This document shows positions 28,386 through 37,635 of a stretch of DNA of 64,000 bases, one piece after another (within the stretch, counting starts at the first letter, position 1; every line of letters starts with the position of its first letter). Location of the stretch: IMG/VR virus record IMGVR_UViG_2857398645_000001. One strand, 5' to 3'. A model generated the notes under the pieces. The model worked only from the letters and a program-made list of their open reading frames with translations, searched no databases and was not told the origin of the DNA. Origin of the DNA: a virus. Its lineage: Duplodnaviria; Caudoviricetes. Made by a program: the position numbers and the translations under genes.

Positions 28386-28460
28386 TGGTGTGCCGGGCGG
28401 GGTTCGAACCCGCGCCTCCCCCGCCAGTGGGGGGCTCTGCCGGTGTTGAGCTACCGGCAC
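28386..28460 (-). tRNA. tRNA-like gene with encoded CCA and aberrant, shortened anticodon arm (isotype undetermined)
   Basis: GTGCCGG/CCGGCAC acceptor + ACCA; GCTC/GAGC D stem; GCGGG-TTCGAAC-CCCGC T arm; CCCCC-ACTGGC-GGGGG anticodon arm. Confidence 0.8.
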
Positions 28461-28477
28461 ATGGGGGTGTCGTCGTT

Positions 28478-28732
28478 CTAGGCGGCGATGGTGTGGGCGC
28501 GGGAGGTGCCGCGGACGGTGACCGCGTGCACTACTCGCTGGGCGTCGACGATGTCGAAGAGTTTGTTGCCCTGGTGGTCCAGGCCGACGATGGGGAGGAC
28601 GTAGCGGGTGCCGTCTGGGAGTTTCACGCCGCGTTTCGTCCAGGCGTAGATGGTTTTCGCGGATTTCCCGGTGAGGCGGGCGAGGTCGGGGGCGGTGATC
28701 AGGTGTCCGTCGACCAGTGGCACGGCGCGCAC
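28478..28732 (-). CDS. Small HTH DNA-binding protein
   Basis: ITAPDLARLTGKSAKTIYAWTKRG. Confidence 0.7.
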   Translation of the reverse strand: MRAVPLVDGHLITAPDLARLTGKSAKTIYAWTKRGVKLPDGTRYVLPIVGLDHQGNKLFDIVDAQRVVHAVTVRGTSRAHTIAA

Positions 28733-29054
28733 GCGTTTTTGTCCCCCTCTGGGTATAAGAAATGCCCCCGCGCCTGGTGGCGTGAGGGCATACGTGTGGT
28801 GCTGGAATCGAGTCTACATGTAGATGCGACCACCCAACACCACCACAGCATGTGGGGTCAGCCACATGCTTGGGGCTCGAACCTGCCGTGCACACCCGCG
28901 TCACCCTGGATCACTCACTACCGGAATCCACCCAGGCCGGTCAGACCCCACACGTATCCTAGGCAAGCCACTTGGACCTGCCGCTTTGAGAGGATTCAGT
29001 GTGACCCCGGACGACCTGTTTACTAAGGCCCCCGATTCCCGGGGCGGCTTCACG

Positions 29055-30053
29055 ATGACGTTCAATCGTCCGCTAGTGGAACAGCTCAGGCGCGGCCCCA
29101 TGCTCGCCTACCGCGATGAGGACGTCGCTTATCAGCTGGTGTGCCTACTAGAAGCCGAGGTGCCGCTCATCGACGGCCACGGCAGGCTCAGTAACCAGGA
29201 CGTGTCCGACGCAGTCCGATGCGCGGACGCGGTCCTGGGTCGACTCAACACCTCCCAACGCATACCTTTCGCAACTCGACGCGAATATCTGAATTCTCCG
29301 GGATTTGATCGCGATATCGCAGATATCTGCGGACCCATCCTGCGGGCGCTCGCCGATCACGAACGGGCCACGTCCCACGCAGGATTCCGGGGCGTGAACG
29401 GCGACCTGCGTAACGTGATATTCGCTGCGACGAAGAAACCAGAACTCGTCTGGGTCGACGTGACCCAGGGAATCGTGGAGATCACGAAGAACGCCGAGCA
29501 CTGCCTCATGTACGACCGGCCCATCCCCTCCACCGGCCTAACCGTGTCCGACATTCTCGCCTGGTGGAAGAACCGGGACGGCATCCACTCGCTCCCACCC
29601 ACCGCTCAACTCCAGCAGCTCAAGACCCGACTCGCAGACTCCTCCCCCAGCAGCCAACCGGAAAAAGACCTGCTTCGCTCCTACTGGGCGTTCGCGGAGT
29701 CCCGCGGATTCGACTCCACCCCGGCGATCCTGCCCCAGGTCTACCTGCACTACGACCCGGTAACCCAGGCGCAGCGCGACCGCAACGGCGGTCGTGTCAT
29801 CCCCAATCAGCGCAGGGACTTTCTGCTGCTCGCGCCCGGCTCCCGCAGGATCATCTTGGAGATCGACGGCAAGCACCACTACTCCACCAGCGGTGAGCCC
29901 GACCCGCGGAAGTACGCGGAGATGGTCAAAGAAGACCGGCGCCTGCGCCTCCAAGGCTACGAGGTATACCGCTTCGGCGGCTACGAGTTCCAGCCCAGCC
30001 AGGCGCCAGACAACATGCTCATGGCGTTCTTCACTGAACTCCTCACCGACTAA
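29055..30053 (+). CDS. AbiJ-associated Vsr/DUF559-like endonuclease, putative anti-phage
   Basis: NVIFAA..KPELV, PAILPQVYLHYDP, DF..IILEIDGKHHY, DRRLRLQGYEVYRFGG. Confidence 0.8.
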   Translation: MTFNRPLVEQLRRGPMLAYRDEDVAYQLVCLLEAEVPLIDGHGRLSNQDVSDAVRCADAVLGRLNTSQRIPFATRREYLNSPGFDRDIADICGPILRALADHERATSHAGFRGVNGDLRNVIFAATKKPELVWVDVTQGIVEITKNAEHCLMYDRPIPSTGLTVSDILAWWKNRDGIHSLPPTAQLQQLKTRLADSSPSSQPEKDLLRSYWAFAESRGFDSTPAILPQVYLHYDPVTQAQRDRNGGRVIPNQRRDFLLLAPGSRRIILEIDGKHHYSTSGEPDPRKYAEMVKEDRRLRLQGYEVYRFGGYEFQPSQAPDNMLMAFFTELLTD

Positions 30054-30401
30054 CTAACTGTTTCCTCTCCTGAGGGGTTGGGAGAGCAGCCTTAGACCGT
30101 TCTCTGCTATCGGGTCAGAACAGAAATACAGATGGACCAGGGTGTCCACGGGACCCTCCTTCGAGCACGGGTATCAGGGCGCACGTGTGGCACCCCGTGT
30201 CCCCCCCGAAGGGCCGATGAGAAAACGCAGCGCACCCTAGGCCCGCCGCTGGAGCAAAGCCTACCCAGGCGTGGTGGGCAGCGCACCCGGCGGCAGCGGC
30301 TACCCGCCCCGCGCATTGGCCGTACCTAGCCGGCGCCCCCGCCACCCCCAATCGACGGGTTAGCGTCGACACGCCTCACCCCTAAGAAACCAGGAGGCCC
30401 G

Positions 30402-30566
30402 ATGCCTAGCACCCGAACCACTACCCGCCCCGCCCACCACCCCAGAGCAGCCGACTGTTCCAACTGCGGTGGAAGCGGCGTGGTGTGGGTCGAGCAGGAC
30501 GGCGCCGGGAAATGGAAGAAAGAGGCGGTGACATGCCCGGTATGCAACGGAAGCGGGGTGGTCTAG
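30402..30566 (+). CDS. Zinc-ribbon RiPP precursor (cysimiditide / type II pamtide-like), 54 aa
   Basis: AGGAGG RBS; MPSTRTTTRPAHHPRAADCSNCGGSGVVWVEQDGAGKWKKEAVTCPVCNGSGVV; stop overlaps PIMT start. Confidence 0.82.
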   Translation: MPSTRTTTRPAHHPRAADCSNCGGSGVVWVEQDGAGKWKKEAVTCPVCNGSGVV

Positions 30567-31690
30567 TGGGAAACGCGAACGACGCGCTGTACGCCCGCCA
30601 CACCAACCTCGTCGCCGAACTCGACACCACCGAGGAGATCCGCACCGCGTTCAACGCCCACCCCCGGCACCACTTCATCCCCGACCTGATCTGGCCCACC
30701 GCCATGGGGCCGCCCGTGAGCCGCGACGCCAACCCCGACGCGTGGGCCGAGACCGTCTACCGCGATGATGCGGTTACCACGCAGACCGAGGGAACCGGAA
30801 GCGTGAACGTGCCGACGTCCTCATCATCGGCGCCCCAGGTCATGGCCGACATGATCCGAGCAGCCGGGGTGCGCCCCGGCATGCGGGTGCTGGAGGTCGG
30901 CACCGGGACCGGGTGGAACGCGGCGATTCTCGCCGAACTCGTCGGCACCGGGGGCAGCGTGACGACGGTCGAGGTCGACCCGGGCGTCGCGGACGCCGCA
31001 CGCCACCGGCTCGCCGGCACCGGAGTTCGGGTTGTCACCGGAACCCGGCCCCCCGGCACCGGCGAGTTCGACGCGGTCCTGGTGACCTGCGCTGTCACCC
31101 GCATCCCCGACGCGTGGGCGCTAAGCGCCGCTCCCGGCGGGGTGATGGTGCTGCCGTGGGCGCCCGCACCCCACGCCGAAACCACACCCATCGCCGCGCT
31201 CAGCATCGACGGGCACCGGTGGTCCGGCGCTTTCATCCGCGAAGGGTCGTTCATGCGGTGCCGCGACCAGCCCCGCCGTGTCGGCCGGTTCCCCGGCATA
31301 CAGGCGACGCCCCAGGCTTCCGGTGTGTTCCCCGCGACCTCCGAGGAGCTGCTAGAAAGCGACCTCATGACACCGCTCATGCTGACGCTGCCCGGTCTGC
31401 GGTTCGGGGTGGGCATGCGCCCGTTCAACGGCGACCCCCGCACCATCGTCTATGTGGGCGCACCTGACGGTTCCTGGGCGTATGTGTGGCCAGACGCGAC
31501 CGTGACCATGGGCGGGCCGACCCCTGTCGCTGAACGCCTCGACGCGGCGTACCGCCAGCTCACCGGCTCTGGGGCGCGGCTGGAGGAGTTCCAGCTCGAA
31601 GCCGGTACCGGTGCCGCGTCCTACCGGGTCGTGCTCGACGGTGTCGGCAGCTGGGATTACCCCGTTGCGCGGTTCGACCAGGCCGAGTAG
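30566..31690 (+). CDS. PIMT-family O-methyltransferase with C-terminal extension (RiPP type)
   Basis: PRHHFIP, SSSSAP, VLEVGTGTGWNAA, GSFM, GSWAYV motifs. Confidence 0.88.
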   Translation: MGNANDALYARHTNLVAELDTTEEIRTAFNAHPRHHFIPDLIWPTAMGPPVSRDANPDAWAETVYRDDAVTTQTEGTGSVNVPTSSSSAPQVMADMIRAAGVRPGMRVLEVGTGTGWNAAILAELVGTGGSVTTVEVDPGVADAARHRLAGTGVRVVTGTRPPGTGEFDAVLVTCAVTRIPDAWALSAAPGGVMVLPWAPAPHAETTPIAALSIDGHRWSGAFIREGSFMRCRDQPRRVGRFPGIQATPQASGVFPATSEELLESDLMTPLMLTLPGLRFGVGMRPFNGDPRTIVYVGAPDGSWAYVWPDATVTMGGPTPVAERLDAAYRQLTGSGARLEEFQLEAGTGAASYRVVLDGVGSWDYPVARFDQAE

Positions 31691-31744
31691 ACGTTCCGCT
31701 CAGCTCTTGGGCGCACCCCCCGCTGAGACGCCCCCGGCGGGGCG

Positions 31745-31987
31745 TCACTTGGGCGTGGCAGGGGCTGTGTCCAGTCCGAGACGCCGGTGGGGGTGCTTCA
31801 TCGCTTGGAACTGGGCGGCCCACGCGGCTTCGCTTTCGGGGGTGTCGTCGCTTCCCAGGGACGGTACGACGGCGCGGGTGATGTGGCCTTGGTCGTTGGT
31901 GGCCTCCACGGTCCAACGGTTGAGGTCGCGGTCAAGGTGGATGCGGGGGTCGGCGAGGGTGCCGGCCCCGGTGTCGGTGTGGCTCAC
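31745..31987 (-). CDS. Hypothetical protein
   Basis: AGGA RBS, GTG start, phage coding strand. Confidence 0.5.
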   Translation of the reverse strand: MSHTDTGAGTLADPRIHLDRDLNRWTVEATNDQGHITRAVVPSLGSDDTPESEAAWAAQFQAMKHPHRRLGLDTAPATPK

Positions 31988-32044
31988 GGGAGTTCCTAGC
32001 CAGAGAGAAGACGGGGGCGGGTGTGCCGCCCCCGCGCGGGCTCA

Positions 32045-32509
32045 TCAGTGCTCGATGTCGCCGTCGAGGACGGCTTGTGCCTTCTCCAATCGCGTCCGTG
32101 CCACACGCAGCTCTGCCCGTGTTCTGGCGAGCACAGCGGCCTGCTCCTCCTCCCGCTCGGTGAGGGTTGCGATTCGGCGCGTGTACTGGGCGACACGGTC
32201 CTTCGCGACAGCCGTGCTCGGCCGACGTGGAGCACGCGGTCGGTCGTCGCCTCTCGGGCCGCCGCGCGGCTTCTCCTTCTGACGGCGGGCGAACTCCTCG
32301 AACTCCGCTCGAACCACCCACTTGGTGGGTCGCATGGCCCCGTTATCCACTTCCATGACGATCTTTGGGAAGTTGGGGTGGCGGCTGATCCAGTTCGAGA
32401 GAGCAGCTCGGGTGACTCCGGCGTCACGGGCAGCTTGGGCGAGGTAGGTGAGCTCGTCCTCGCGCCCCTGGTATTCGGGGCGGTACCAGGTGACGTGGGG
32501 GCTGTGCAT
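32045..32509 (-). CDS. HTH plus coiled-coil protein
   Basis: LAQAARDAGVTRAALSNWISRHPNFP; RBS GAAGGA. Confidence 0.65.
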   Translation of the reverse strand: MHSPHVTWYRPEYQGREDELTYLAQAARDAGVTRAALSNWISRHPNFPKIVMEVDNGAMRPTKWVVRAEFEEFARRQKEKPRGGPRGDDRPRAPRRPSTAVAKDRVAQYTRRIATLTEREEEQAAVLARTRAELRVARTRLEKAQAVLDGDIEH

Positions 32510-32574
32510 CGTGTGGTCCTTCCGTGGGTTGGTGGGGGCCGGGTTTCCCGTCCCGGCCCCGTGTGGAGTGCGGT

Positions 32575-32724
32575 TTAGATGCGGCGGACGGGGATGCCTG
32601 CCTTGGTGATGGGGGGCTCCTCGGTGTAGTGGTCGGTTTCATCGTCGGTGTTGTAGGCGGCGGCCAGTTCGTTCTCGGCGCGGGCGGCGGCTGCGTCGGT
32701 GATGGCTTCGTAGTAGTCGTACAC
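32575..32724 (-). CDS. Small acidic protein, 49 aa (not in ORF track)
   Basis: GAAAGA RBS; MYDYYEAITDAAAARAENELAAAYNTDDETDHYTEEPPITKAGIPVRRI. Confidence 0.6.
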   Translation of the reverse strand: MYDYYEAITDAAAARAENELAAAYNTDDETDHYTEEPPITKAGIPVRRI

Positions 32725-32798
32725 GGTTCGTCTTTCGGTGTGGGGCTAGTAGGGCTTGGTGGGGGCGGGGGTGATCCCCCGCCCCGGTTCGCTGGGGG

Positions 32799-33053
32799 TT
32801 ATTCGCCTTCGGGTTCTTCGTGGATGAGGGCGCCGCACTTGTCGCAGTCCACGCGCGTTCCGGGGTCGATGTTCCACGGGTAGATCTCGCCGAGTTCCTG
32901 GTTGGCGTCGGCGAGCCGCTGTGCTTCGTGGTGGGGCATGCAGGTGAGGCACATGGCGTGGCCGTTCCAGTCGGTGTAGGCGATGGTGGGGTCGGCGCGG
33001 AGGTCACGGAGGGTGGCGGTCAGCTGTTCGGCGGGGGTGGTGTGGTTGTTCAT
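32799..33053 (-). CDS. Small CxxC-containing protein
   Basis: GAAAGGA RBS; CLTC and CDKC. Confidence 0.7.
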   Translation of the reverse strand: MNNHTTPAEQLTATLRDLRADPTIAYTDWNGHAMCLTCMPHHEAQRLADANQELGEIYPWNIDPGTRVDCDKCGALIHEEPEGE

Positions 33054-33178
33054 CTCGGTCCTTTCGGGGTGGTGTTGGGGCGGGTTCCCGTTCCGCTCCC
33101 AACACCCCAAACACTACACGAAACTACGCACAAGTCAAATCATCGTGTTGCCCTCCGACCCCGCCGGAGGGCGGCGCC

Positions 33179-33388
33179 CTACAGCTCGGAAAGGACCTCT
33201 TCAGGCGAGAACCCGGCCGCGTCGCATACCAGGCCGAATGCCGCTTCGGCGTCGCGGTAGGCGGCGACCGCACCCCAGTCGGGAGCGAATCCACGGTGTG
33301 CTGCCTGGCAGGCGCGGCGCATCGCGTCGTGGGCGTCGGAGATGGAGCGGTATTCGGTTTCGGTGAGCTGGTCGAGGACGCCGGACAT
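33179..33388 (-). CDS. Small acidic helical protein
   Basis: GAAAGGA RBS downstream of repeated promoter. Confidence 0.7.
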   Translation of the reverse strand: MSGVLDQLTETEYRSISDAHDAMRRACQAAHRGFAPDWGAVAAYRDAEAAFGLVCDAAGFSPEEVLSEL

Positions 33389-33539
33389 GCGGTTCCTTTC
33401 GCGGTTGGTGGTGCCGGGTGGGGTTCCCGTCCCTCCCGACACACCAAATACTACACGAAACTACGCACAAATCAAAATCCGTGGGGGAAGGAAAGCCGCC
33501 CCGGCACCACCGGAGCGGCCACACCCGACCCAGACCCGA

Positions 33540-34520
33540 TCAGTCCCCCCGCACCACCTGTTCGATCTCCTCCGCCGACGCACGCCCGCGCACCCTGTCA
33601 TAAGGCAGCGTGTCCGTGATCAGACGCCCATTCGCCTTCCGGCCACGCGGGTTAGCGTGAGCCTCCTCCCAGGTGTAGACACGGCTACCCGTGATCCACA
33701 GGTGCGCCCACGGGATGCTCAGCGACTTCTTGTTCACCCGAAGCACCGGCACCCACTGCCCCCACACCTTCACGTAGTCGCCCTTCGTGAAGTCCTCGGG
33801 CCGCCACACCTTGACCCCCGCCGCTTCGGCCTGGGCGACGTGATCCCGCCAGTAGGCCAGCTCGTCACGCAGCTGGGCGAGGTCGGCCCGCCAGGACGCG
33901 CACGTCTCGGTGTACTGAAAATCGCGCAGCAGGCGGCGCTCCCGCTCCTCCAACCGCTCGATACGCCGCAGCGTCGCCGGGACGCTCTCCCGGAACCGGC
34001 GGCCCTGTTCGGCGGCGGCCTGCTTTCCATCCCAGTAGGACGCTTTACCGGCCTCCCGGTGGGCCCGGTCGTCGGTGGCCATCATCTTCTTGTGGAACGA
34101 GCGCGCCCGGTCGCTGATCAGCGGCTGGCCGATCGGCCATCCCTCGGCCATCTCCTCGAAGCGGGAACGGGCCGCGGCCGATTTCTCGGCTGCCCGGGAG
34201 CGGTAGGTCGCGGCGCGCTCGGCCCGCGCCTCGGCGCGCTCGCTGTTCTCGGCTTCGGCGTCGGCGAACGCCCGCCCGGGGGTGGCGTTGTCGACCTCGA
34301 CGGTGACGGCGAATCCTGCGTCGCGCAGTCGCCGCGCGGCGTCGTCGACGCGCCAGGAGGCGGCCTTGTCGCGGGACCGGGGCACGTACCAGCCGGGGCC
34401 GTCTGGGAGGTTGCGAGAGAACCAGAAGCCTGCCGCTTTGAGATGCTGGTCGGTGCCGTCGCCCCGGGCGGTTCCGTCGGCGATGGTCCCGTCTGCGCGG
34501 GTGTGGCGGATGGTGATCAC
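33540..34520 (-). CDS. DUF3560-like protein
   Basis: ITIRHTRADGT, WYVPRSRD, PIGQPLI, RRIERLE, RVNKKSL motifs. Confidence 0.75.
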   Translation of the reverse strand: MITIRHTRADGTIADGTARGDGTDQHLKAAGFWFSRNLPDGPGWYVPRSRDKAASWRVDDAARRLRDAGFAVTVEVDNATPGRAFADAEAENSERAEARAERAATYRSRAAEKSAAARSRFEEMAEGWPIGQPLISDRARSFHKKMMATDDRAHREAGKASYWDGKQAAAEQGRRFRESVPATLRRIERLEERERRLLRDFQYTETCASWRADLAQLRDELAYWRDHVAQAEAAGVKVWRPEDFTKGDYVKVWGQWVPVLRVNKKSLSIPWAHLWITGSRVYTWEEAHANPRGRKANGRLITDTLPYDRVRGRASAEEIEQVVRGD

Positions 34521-34584
34521 AGTGTGTCCTTTCGCGGTTGGTGGTGTGGGGCCGGTTTCCCGTCCGGCCCCCGTTGTGCGGGGG

Positions 34585-34869
34585 TCAGGCGATGGCGTCG
34601 AGCGCGTCGTCTTCGGCGATCCCGGCGGCCTGGCAGGCGCGGCTGAAGGCGAGCCGTGCGGCGGCCCAGGTGCGGTCCCACCCGGTGGGTGAGGGAACGT
34701 CGGGGTCGGCGAGCAGGGTGGTCGAAGCGGTGAGCTCGCACAGCTCGTGCGTGGTCCGGATGATCTTTCGCTGCTTGGGGGTGAGCCGTTCCCACGCGGC
34801 GGCCGCCCTGTTCGTTTCGGCGGCGCGGAGGGCTGCGGCAAGGGTGTCGACGGCGTGGCTGGTGTGCAC
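34585..34869 (-). CDS. Hypothetical protein
   Basis: GTG start after a GC hairpin and AAGGG. Confidence 0.6.
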   Translation of the reverse strand: MHTSHAVDTLAAALRAAETNRAAAAWERLTPKQRKIIRTTHELCELTASTTLLADPDVPSPTGWDRTWAAARLAFSRACQAAGIAEDDALDAIA

Positions 34870-34931
34870 GGGGGCGCCCTTGGGTGTTGTGGCGGGGGCC
34901 GGGGTTGTGCGCCCCGGCCCCGGGGCGGCGG

Positions 34932-35198
34932 TTAGAGGCACATGACGTCGCTCATGTCGAAGGGGATTCCGGCCGCCTCTGCGGCTTCCTGGGCGGCGGC
35001 GACGCGGGTGTTGAGGCCTGCGAGGACGGCGAGCTTTTCGGCGTCGGTGGGGGCGGGGCCGTCTGCGTTCATGCGGCACCAGTAGGCGCGGGCCTCGGCG
35101 AGGGCGTCAAGGTAGGCGCCGTGGGGGCCGTGGATGATGGCGAGGACGAGGGTGCCGTCGGTGTTGGCGGTCATGGTGAGACCTGCGGTGGTGTCCAT
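34932..35198 (-). CDS. Hypothetical protein
   Basis: GAAAGGA RBS after repeated promoter. Confidence 0.7.
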   Translation of the reverse strand: MDTTAGLTMTANTDGTLVLAIIHGPHGAYLDALAEARAYWCRMNADGPAPTDAEKLAVLAGLNTRVAAAQEAAEAAGIPFDMSDVMCL

Positions 35199-35284
35199 GG
35201 TGGTCCTTTCGGTGGGGGTGGGGGCGGTTTCCCGTTCCGCCCCCGAACAAGAACAACTCTACACCAAACTACGCACAAGTCAAA

Positions 35285-35662
35285 TCATTTGGTGTGGCGA
35301 GAATCCCTCAGATTCTCCGCGATCGCCAACAGCTCGCGGAACAACAGGCAGGCGTTGGCCCCCGCGAAGACATCACCGCTGCGCAGGTAGGCCAGAGCCG
35401 CGTTCTGCATGCGGATGTGCAGCGCCAGGGCCTCGATAACCAGTTCGTCACCGGACTCGCCAATCCCCACGGAGCGGCGGGCGGCGAGTCGGGCGTAGAT
35501 GCCTTCCAGGGTGTCGTTTTCGATGCCACACATGGCGTCTTCCATGCCGGGCAGGTAGATGCCGAGCCGGGTGGCGGCATCGCGGGCGATGTACATGGCG
35601 CAACCCTGGCCGACGCAGGAGGCGTAGCGGACGGCGTTTTCGGGGGTGCTGTCGAAGCCCAT
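35285..35662 (-). CDS. Hypothetical protein
   Basis: GAAAGG RBS after repeated promoter. Confidence 0.7.
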   Translation of the reverse strand: MGFDSTPENAVRYASCVGQGCAMYIARDAATRLGIYLPGMEDAMCGIENDTLEGIYARLAARRSVGIGESGDELVIEALALHIRMQNAALAYLRSGDVFAGANACLLFRELLAIAENLRDSRHTK

Positions 35663-35815
35663 CGGGGGTGCCTTTCGTGGTAGTCCTTGGCGGCCGGCGC
35701 GGGGTTCCCGTCCCGTTCCGACACCAACCACTATACACGAAAACACGCACAAATCAAAACACTTGGGTGGAGAAAAGGGCGACCCCGGCCACCCACCGGA
35801 CACCGCCCCCAACCA

Positions 35816-36409
35816 TCACCCCGAACGCTTGCCCTCCCCCGCCTTCCCCCGCAGCCAAAACCCCGCCTGCAACTCATCCACCCGCCCCCGGCGCCACCTC
35901 TCTACCCGATCGGCTCCCACCTCACCCGGCTCCCACAACCCCGAAGACCTGCGGTAGCGCATGGTCGACTCCGGAGTGCACGGCGCCAGGTACGCGCACA
36001 CCCCCTCCCACGTCAACATGTCCTCAGGCGACCCCACCGGGTCCGGAACGTTCTGCACCCGCCGCCGCACCCGGTCCAGCCCCTCCTCGGGGAACGTCGC
36101 CTTACGGTCGCGCTTGGGCCCGGGCTGCGGCCAGATGTCCGCGTGCTCGCGCGGCCACCGCTCCAGGGTGCGCGGCGACAGGCCGTGCTTGGCCGCATAC
36201 TCGGCGAGGGTGACCCACCCGGGGACGATGCCGCGCGCCTCGTCCAGCGCCTGGGGGTCGAAGAGGGGTTCCCCGCCCCGCTCCCCGACCGGTTCGGGCA
36301 GGGTCTTGTGGCGTTTGAGGGTGCGCCGCAGCTTCTCGGGGTCCAGTGGCTTCTCGGGGTCGGGGCTGCGTGCTGCGGCGTACTCAGCGAGGGTGACAAG
36401 CTGTACCAT
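35816..36409 (-). CDS. Tandem winged-HTH (Xis/MerR-like) DNA-binding protein
   Basis: VTLAEYAA repeated twice plus third unit LTWEGVCAYL..ESTMRYRRS. Confidence 0.65.
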   Translation of the reverse strand: MVQLVTLAEYAAARSPDPEKPLDPEKLRRTLKRHKTLPEPVGERGGEPLFDPQALDEARGIVPGWVTLAEYAAKHGLSPRTLERWPREHADIWPQPGPKRDRKATFPEEGLDRVRRRVQNVPDPVGSPEDMLTWEGVCAYLAPCTPESTMRYRRSSGLWEPGEVGADRVERWRRGRVDELQAGFWLRGKAGEGKRSG

Positions 36410-36573
36410 GGCAGGCGTCCTTTCGTGGGACACGGGGCGGCCGAGTTTCCCGCTTCCAGCCTGCGGGCTGGTCGCCGGTCCTGGACCGGTAGAGGCCGCC
36501 CCACTCTTGCTCTTATGCGCCAGCGGCCCGCCCCCGGTATGTCGGGGCGGGCCGCGCGCTTTCTTCCTTACTT

Positions 36574-37059
36574 CTACACGTGGTCGGTGATCTGTTCCAA
36601 TCGGTCGTCCCAGTAGGCGGCCTCATCGGCGTCCGGCCACCCGGAGAAGGCGGCCACGGCCTTGGCGCGGGAGCGGGCCGAAGCCATCACCGCCTCGACA
36701 CAGCGGTTGATGTTCCGCCCGTAGGGGCTGTTCCACCATGGGATGATCGCGCGGACTCCGAGCGCGGACGCGGCCTCCGAGGTGTCGCGCATGGCGCGCA
36801 CCAGGACGGGGTGGAGGTCGGCGGGGAGCCCGGAGTTGCGGTTTTCGAGTTTTTCTAGGGCGCGTTCGACACGGTGGCAAGCGTCGTCCAAGTCGCGGAA
36901 TTTCGCCGTGTTGGGGTCCAGCCGGGGCAGGTGGATGGCTTTGGGGATGGTGGAGAGCATGTCCCGGACGGCGGGGTAGAGGTCGGAGGCCCAGAGGCGG
37001 TGGAGGCGCTGGAGTTCGTAGTCGGGGGCGGTGGTGAGGTCTCCGGGCCAGATGGTCAT
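36574..37059 (-). CDS. Hypothetical protein
   Basis: GAAAGGA RBS after repeated promoter. Confidence 0.7.
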   Translation of the reverse strand: MTIWPGDLTTAPDYELQRLHRLWASDLYPAVRDMLSTIPKAIHLPRLDPNTAKFRDLDDACHRVERALEKLENRNSGLPADLHPVLVRAMRDTSEAASALGVRAIIPWWNSPYGRNINRCVEAVMASARSRAKAVAAFSGWPDADEAAYWDDRLEQITDHV

Positions 37060-37145
37060 GCTGTGGTTCCTTTCGCGGTTGGTGGCGCCGGGTGGGGTTC
37101 CCGTCCCTCCCGACACACCAAATACTACACGAAACCACGCACAAG

Positions 37146-37562
37146 TCAAACCACGTATTCGGGTGTCGGCCCCACACGCGCCTCCCAGCGGCCCAACATC
37201 ACCCCGACCTGCCCCGCGTGCGCCGCGAAGTCCCGCACACACCACGGCGCCCCCGATCGGGAGTAGGCCGTGTACTGCGTGGCCGCCGAAACCCACTCCC
37301 GGGCGGCCGCCTGCAGGACCACGGTCACCCACCAGCGCCCATCGGCGGTGTGCGCCTCGGCGACCTTGTCGGCCGCCCGCCAGACCAGGGCCTGCCAGCG
37401 GAACACGTCGACGTCGCTGCGCGCCTCGGGGGCGCCGAGGTGGATGCCGTGGGCGGCGAAGGCCCGGACGAGGGTGCGCAGGGTGCCGGCGAGTTGGTCT
37501 TCCATGTCTGCGAGCTGGGCGTGGCGGCCGGGGCGTTCCGGTCGTGCGTGGTGTGCGGTCAT
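37146..37562 (-). CDS. Hypothetical protein
   Basis: GGAGGA RBS after repeated promoter. Confidence 0.7.
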   Translation of the reverse strand: MTAHHARPERPGRHAQLADMEDQLAGTLRTLVRAFAAHGIHLGAPEARSDVDVFRWQALVWRAADKVAEAHTADGRWWVTVVLQAAAREWVSAATQYTAYSRSGAPWCVRDFAAHAGQVGVMLGRWEARVGPTPEYVV

Positions 37563-37635
37563 GGGGTCCTCCGTGGGGTTGGTGGTCGGGGTTCCCGTCC
37601 CGACACACACCACCTTACACGAATCCACGCACAAA

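Noticed and set aside
28386-28460. tRNA as the prophage attachment site or a normal tRNA-Pro(UGG)
   Set aside because: It is internal to the phage with no integrase nearby, and the loop geometry and acceptor identity do not fit a normal tRNA-Pro
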